Positions 60,536-64,000 of a stretch of 64,000 bases of DNA are shown in pieces. The notes below the pieces were generated by a model. The model was not told where the DNA came from. It worked only from the letters and a program-made list of their open reading frames with translations, and did not search any database. The DNA is taken from the NCBI GenBank assembly GCA_041242255.1, contig JBESAV010000001.1, forward strand, positions 800,001-864,000, written 5' to 3'. Every line of letters starts with the position of its first letter. Position 1 is the first letter of the stretch. The DNA is from Candidatus Altimarinota bacterium (GTDB taxonomy: Bacteria; Patescibacteriota; Gracilibacteria; UBA1369; GCA-2718715). The position numbers and the translations under genes were made by a program.

Positions 60536-62749
60536 CTTCACATCAAAGCCATAGTAATCATAACCCTCATCCTCGAGTTCTCTAACACTTTGATAAATTA
60601 AATCTTCAACCTCCTGTATAAAAGTACTAATACCTGTCACCGCATTACCTGAAACAAAAGTATTCAAATCACCAACCTCATCCATCAAGCTTCTTCCTGC
60701 TACATTAGTTCCATAATCTTGATTTTCAACCATCCAATCTGACCAATCATCAGTAATCTCAACCAAATCAGGATGTTGCCCAACCCCAAGCTGCTCCTCA
60801 ATCAATTCCTCAAACTCTTCAATCACTATATTCGAGTCAAAGCTAAAGTTTTGCACAAGATATAAAGCCCCAGACCCATCAACAGCTATTCCAATCCCAA
60901 CCTCTGTCCAATTTGGATCAAGGATATTCACTCTATGTGCAGCACTTCTCATCAAAGAACTTTGTGCATCAGAAATTTCAAAATTCCTAGCAATATTCTC
61001 ACCAACAAAAGTCTTTATCCCATATTCGACTTTCCTTTCAGAAACCTTCCTCCCCTCCAAATCAGAATGTGAAACATATTTATTTTCAGCCATATCATCA
61101 GCATGAGCTTGAGCTAAAAGATTCAAGCTTCCACTCAATACAACTTCGTCCAAACCAAAAGCCACTCTATCTTCATTTAAAAGATCTAGTGCATTCTGAA
61201 CAGTTGGCTCCAAATTCAAATCAGACCGATCATATGGATCATCACCTATTGGTAAAACATTATGTCTATAAATAGGATAATTTATCAAAGCCCTCCCCTC
61301 CACATCATTCACCTCAATGATCTCATACAAACTATCTTCAGGCGGAGTATAATCCAACCTTACATTGTCGTTATTTACAACAACATAATCCTCCAAAATT
61401 TTAACCTCACCACCTTCATCTATCACATAAAGATACTTTTCCGAAGGAATCAAAGCTTCAAATCTAACATTAATTCTGTCACCAACTCCATAACTAAAAT
61501 CCAAACTTTCTCCATCAATATTATTCAAAATCACCTCAAATTCTGGCACAACTTCCAAATCAATCACATCTAAATCATAAAAACTACTCCTACTTCCCTC
61601 CTCCACATCAAAGTCAGCCACATCAACATCAAGCAAAATGTCAGATTCACCATCCCAAAAATCTTTCAACCAAAAGTTCGGTAAAGTTATCTGCCTAAAA
61701 TCCTGCCTGTTCAAAAAAGTTAATTCTTTATACCCCAAACTAAATGTATATCTTTTTAAGTACGACCTAACATCTTGCTGATTAAAAACTATATCATTTT
61801 TAAAAGTTGAAACATAAAACTCTCCCTCAACTGAATCTATCTCACCAACCTCATCCCAATCACCAATTGCCTGAATATCAAAAGACTTCCCTCCTATCTC
61901 AACTTGATAAACTCCCTTTGAACCAAACCACAATGGAACACTAAACTCATCCCCAGCATCACCTAAATCAGTTTGATTATCACCTGAAGCATTTAATATC
62001 TGCAAAACAGCATCATCCTCCAAGACATTCCCCTCAAAAACATAGACTTCATTCTCCAGAACATACCTAGGTACCCTTTGAGATAACTCAACTTCCTCAA
62101 GAACGATATCAGGATAGTATGGTTCACCAAGCTCAATCTTAGCCTCATAAACCCTGTTAGGCAGATCTCTTGCAACTAAAGCCCTGTAATAAATCTCAGA
62201 AAAATCCCTCCTCAAAACCAGCTCTCCAGCAACAAACTCATTCAAAAAAGGTAAATAATTCAACTCATAAGCCCTACCAACATAACCAGAAAACCACTCC
62301 CCACCTGAGATATCAGAATATGACGCTTGATCAGATTCACCTAAAGCCTCTGCTTCCATAATTATCTTTACAGCCTCAGCTCTGTTAATAGTCTGTGCTG
62401 GCTTAAAAGTACCATCAGGATACCCCTCAACCAACCCTAACTCCTGAGCCGTACACACATATCTTGCATACCAACTCCCCTCCTCCATATCTGGGAAACA
62501 CCCCTCACTTTCAGATAGCTGAGCCCCCAAACTTTCCACAACTATTTTCGTTAACTCAGCACGATTCAAAGTCCTATTCGGCTTGAAAGTACCATCAGGG
62601 TAACCACCAACTATCCCCTGCTCTTCAAGATAATCAATTGCATTAAAATTTATATCAGATTCAGATACATCACTAAAATCAGCAAAAGCCACCCCAGACA
62701 AGCTTACAACAAAAACCAATCCCAATATAATTCTTAATAAGTTTCTCAT
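60488..62749 (-). CDS. Secreted protein with three SLH domains and a CAP (SCP) domain
   Basis: GYPDGTFKPNRTLNRAE repeats; AQAHADDM..YVSH, GENIA, LMRSAAHRVNIL..EVGIG. Confidence 0.88.
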   Translation of the reverse strand: MRNLLRIILGLVFVVSLSGVAFADFSDVSESDINFNAIDYLEEQGIVGGYPDGTFKPNRTLNRAELTKIVVESLGAQLSESEGCFPDMEEGSWYARYVCTAQELGLVEGYPDGTFKPAQTINRAEAVKIIMEAEALGESDQASYSDISGGEWFSGYVGRAYELNYLPFLNEFVAGELVLRRDFSEIYYRALVARDLPNRVYEAKIELGEPYYPDIVLEEVELSQRVPRYVLENEVYVFEGNVLEDDAVLQILNASGDNQTDLGDAGDEFSVPLWFGSKGVYQVEIGGKSFDIQAIGDWDEVGEIDSVEGEFYVSTFKNDIVFNQQDVRSYLKRYTFSLGYKELTFLNRQDFRQITLPNFWLKDFWDGESDILLDVDVADFDVEEGSRSSFYDLDVIDLEVVPEFEVILNNIDGESLDFSYGVGDRINVRFEALIPSEKYLYVIDEGGEVKILEDYVVVNNDNVRLDYTPPEDSLYEIIEVNDVEGRALINYPIYRHNVLPIGDDPYDRSDLNLEPTVQNALDLLNEDRVAFGLDEVVLSGSLNLLAQAHADDMAENKYVSHSDLEGRKVSERKVEYGIKTFVGENIARNFEISDAQSSLMRSAAHRVNILDPNWTEVGIGIAVDGSGALYLVQNFSFDSNIVIEEFEELIEEQLGVGQHPDLVEITDDWSDWMVENQDYGTNVAGRSLMDEVGDLNTFVSGNAVTGISTFIQEVEDLIYQSVRELEDEGYDYYGFDVKLGDDGLFYFVLVITS

Positions 62750-62839
62750 AATTTCATTTAATTTCAGCCACATTATACCGACAACTCTTGCCTAAAAAAA
62801 GACATACAGCTACAATCCAACCAACATTAATAGACAAAA

Positions 62840-64000
62840 ATGACAAATAAAACTGTACGTACAAGGCTAGCTCCTTCCCCAACAGGTTTCTTACACATCG
62901 GTACATTAAGAACAGCACTATACTGTTATCTACACGCAAAAAAGCACAACGGACAATTTATTTTAAGAATCGAAGACACTGATCAAAAAAGAGAAGTTGA
63001 AGGTGCAGTTGAAAACTTGATCCACTCCCTCCAATCATACAATCTAAACTTTGACGAAGGACCAGACAAAGGCGGTCCTCATGCACCTTACACTCAGTCA
63101 CAAAGACTTGATGTATACAACGAAGTTATACAAAAATTAATTGAAGAAAAGAAAGCTTATAGATGTTTCTGTACACCAGAAGAACTAGACCAAATGAGAG
63201 AAGAGCAAAAACTTCTGAAAAAACCACCGATGTACAATCGAAAGTGCCGCCACCTATCAAACGAAGAAATACAATCTAAAATGGACTCAAACACATCCTT
63301 TGTTGTAAGACAAGCAATACCTCTCAATGAAACCGTAGAATTCATGGACGTCGTAAAAGGTAGAATGAAATTTGATACCAACACCCTAGACGACCATGTA
63401 CTAATGAAAGCAGACGGATTCCCAACTTACCACCTAGCTGGAATAGTCGATGATTGGAAAATGGAAATAACTCACATAATGCGAGGAGACGAATGGCTAC
63501 CATCTACTCCAAAACATATCCTTCTATTCCAAAGTTTAGGAGCAGACGTACCAACATACGTTCACCTACCACTCATTCTAAATAACGATGGAACAAAACT
63601 ATCCAAAAGAAAAAATGATGTTTCCGCTTCAAGCTACATCGAAAAAGGTTACGACATCGATGCTATTATAAACTTTATCGCTCTCCTTGGATGGAACCCT
63701 GGTGACAATAGGGAAATTTTCAGTTTAGAAGAACTAACAAAAGAATTCTCACTAGAAAGACTCCAAAAATCAGGTGCAATATTCGATTTAGACAAACTTA
63801 ACTGGTTTAACTGGCAATGGAGAAGACGTAAATACCTAGAGCAAATCACAGAAATTGCTAAGCAAATCCAACCAGACGTGAAAATAAACGAACCCAAAAA
63901 AGGACATTTAAACTTTGATTTCTCTACACCAGAACTAAACCACTCATTCCTTATCAAAAAAGGAGAGATACTAAACAATTACCTACAAAAAGATTTCAAC
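62840..64000 (+). CDS. gltX: Glutamyl-tRNA synthetase, partial (runs off the window end; absent from the ORF track)
   Basis: ATG at 62840; VRTRLAPSPTGFLHIG, LRIEDTD, AYRCFCT, DGFPTYH, HIMRGDEW, KLSKR. Confidence 0.96.
   Translation, partial: MTNKTVRTRLAPSPTGFLHIGTLRTALYCYLHAKKHNGQFILRIEDTDQKREVEGAVENLIHSLQSYNLNFDEGPDKGGPHAPYTQSQRLDVYNEVIQKLIEEKKAYRCFCTPEELDQMREEQKLLKKPPMYNRKCRHLSNEEIQSKMDSNTSFVVRQAIPLNETVEFMDVVKGRMKFDTNTLDDHVLMKADGFPTYHLAGIVDDWKMEITHIMRGDEWLPSTPKHILLFQSLGADVPTYVHLPLILNNDGTKLSKRKNDVSASSYIEKGYDIDAIINFIALLGWNPGDNREIFSLEELTKEFSLERLQKSGAIFDLDKLNWFNWQWRRRKYLEQITEIAKQIQPDVKINEPKKGHLNFDFSTPELNHSFLIKKGEILNNYLQKDFN

Noticed and set aside
341-63978. Many 60-140 aa ORFs antisense to or nested in larger genes (e.g. 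36026-36451, 23919-24230, 55755-56120, 63649-63978)
   Set aside because: Shadow ORFs favoured by the skewed composition; no motifs, and they overlap confident genes
1-64000. Genetic code 25 (UGA=Gly), as in Gracilibacteria/Absconditabacteria
   Set aside because: Conserved genes are full length under code 11 with no internal TGA, and TGA serves as a stop in the ATGA overlap at 4638-4641
1-64000. CRISPR array, tRNA or rRNA genes
   Set aside because: No regularly spaced repeats or cloverleaf/rRNA signatures seen; intergenic gaps are short, and the only long GC-richer non-coding segment is rnpB
62774-64000. Apparent non-coding gap or intron at the window end
   Set aside because: It is an uninterrupted gltX frame from 62840 with no stop inside the window, which is why the ORF track omits it

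Overview
Bacterial chromosomal window, AT-rich and read in standard code 11. It is most consistent with a Patescibacteria/CPR genome of the Peregrinibacteria/Gracilibacteria type; this is an inference from the tandem VirB2-like pilins, dimeric GlyRS, SLH proteins, RNHCP and DUF3467 proteins and the lack of obvious Shine-Dalgarno motifs. The housekeeping backbone comprises tyrS, glyS, metG, gltX, rluD-like, trxB, ftsQ, dusB, pilT, rplY, ybaB, mltG, dnaA, rseP, frr, pyrH, secA, rnpB, galU, ftsH, folC-like, tilS and ftsK, plus a type IV pilus/minor pilin operon and five tandem VirB2-like pilins. Orphan gene blocks interrupt this backbone. Most notable: (1) a 10 kb co-oriented orphan island (5570-15729) with a degenerate SF2 helicase, two HicA-like fusion proteins without a visible HicB, a protein with three copies of an unrecognised ~237-aa domain, a sigma54-region-I-like coiled coil and an LRR-like protein; (2) orphan blocks sharing a CTTGAC-type -35 box with a 16-bp spacer, placed at the end of the upstream gene; (3) a TyrRS fused to an N-terminal B3/B4 editing-type domain; (4) an extreme strand composition bias that does not flip at dnaA. 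All calls were made by eye; no searches were run.
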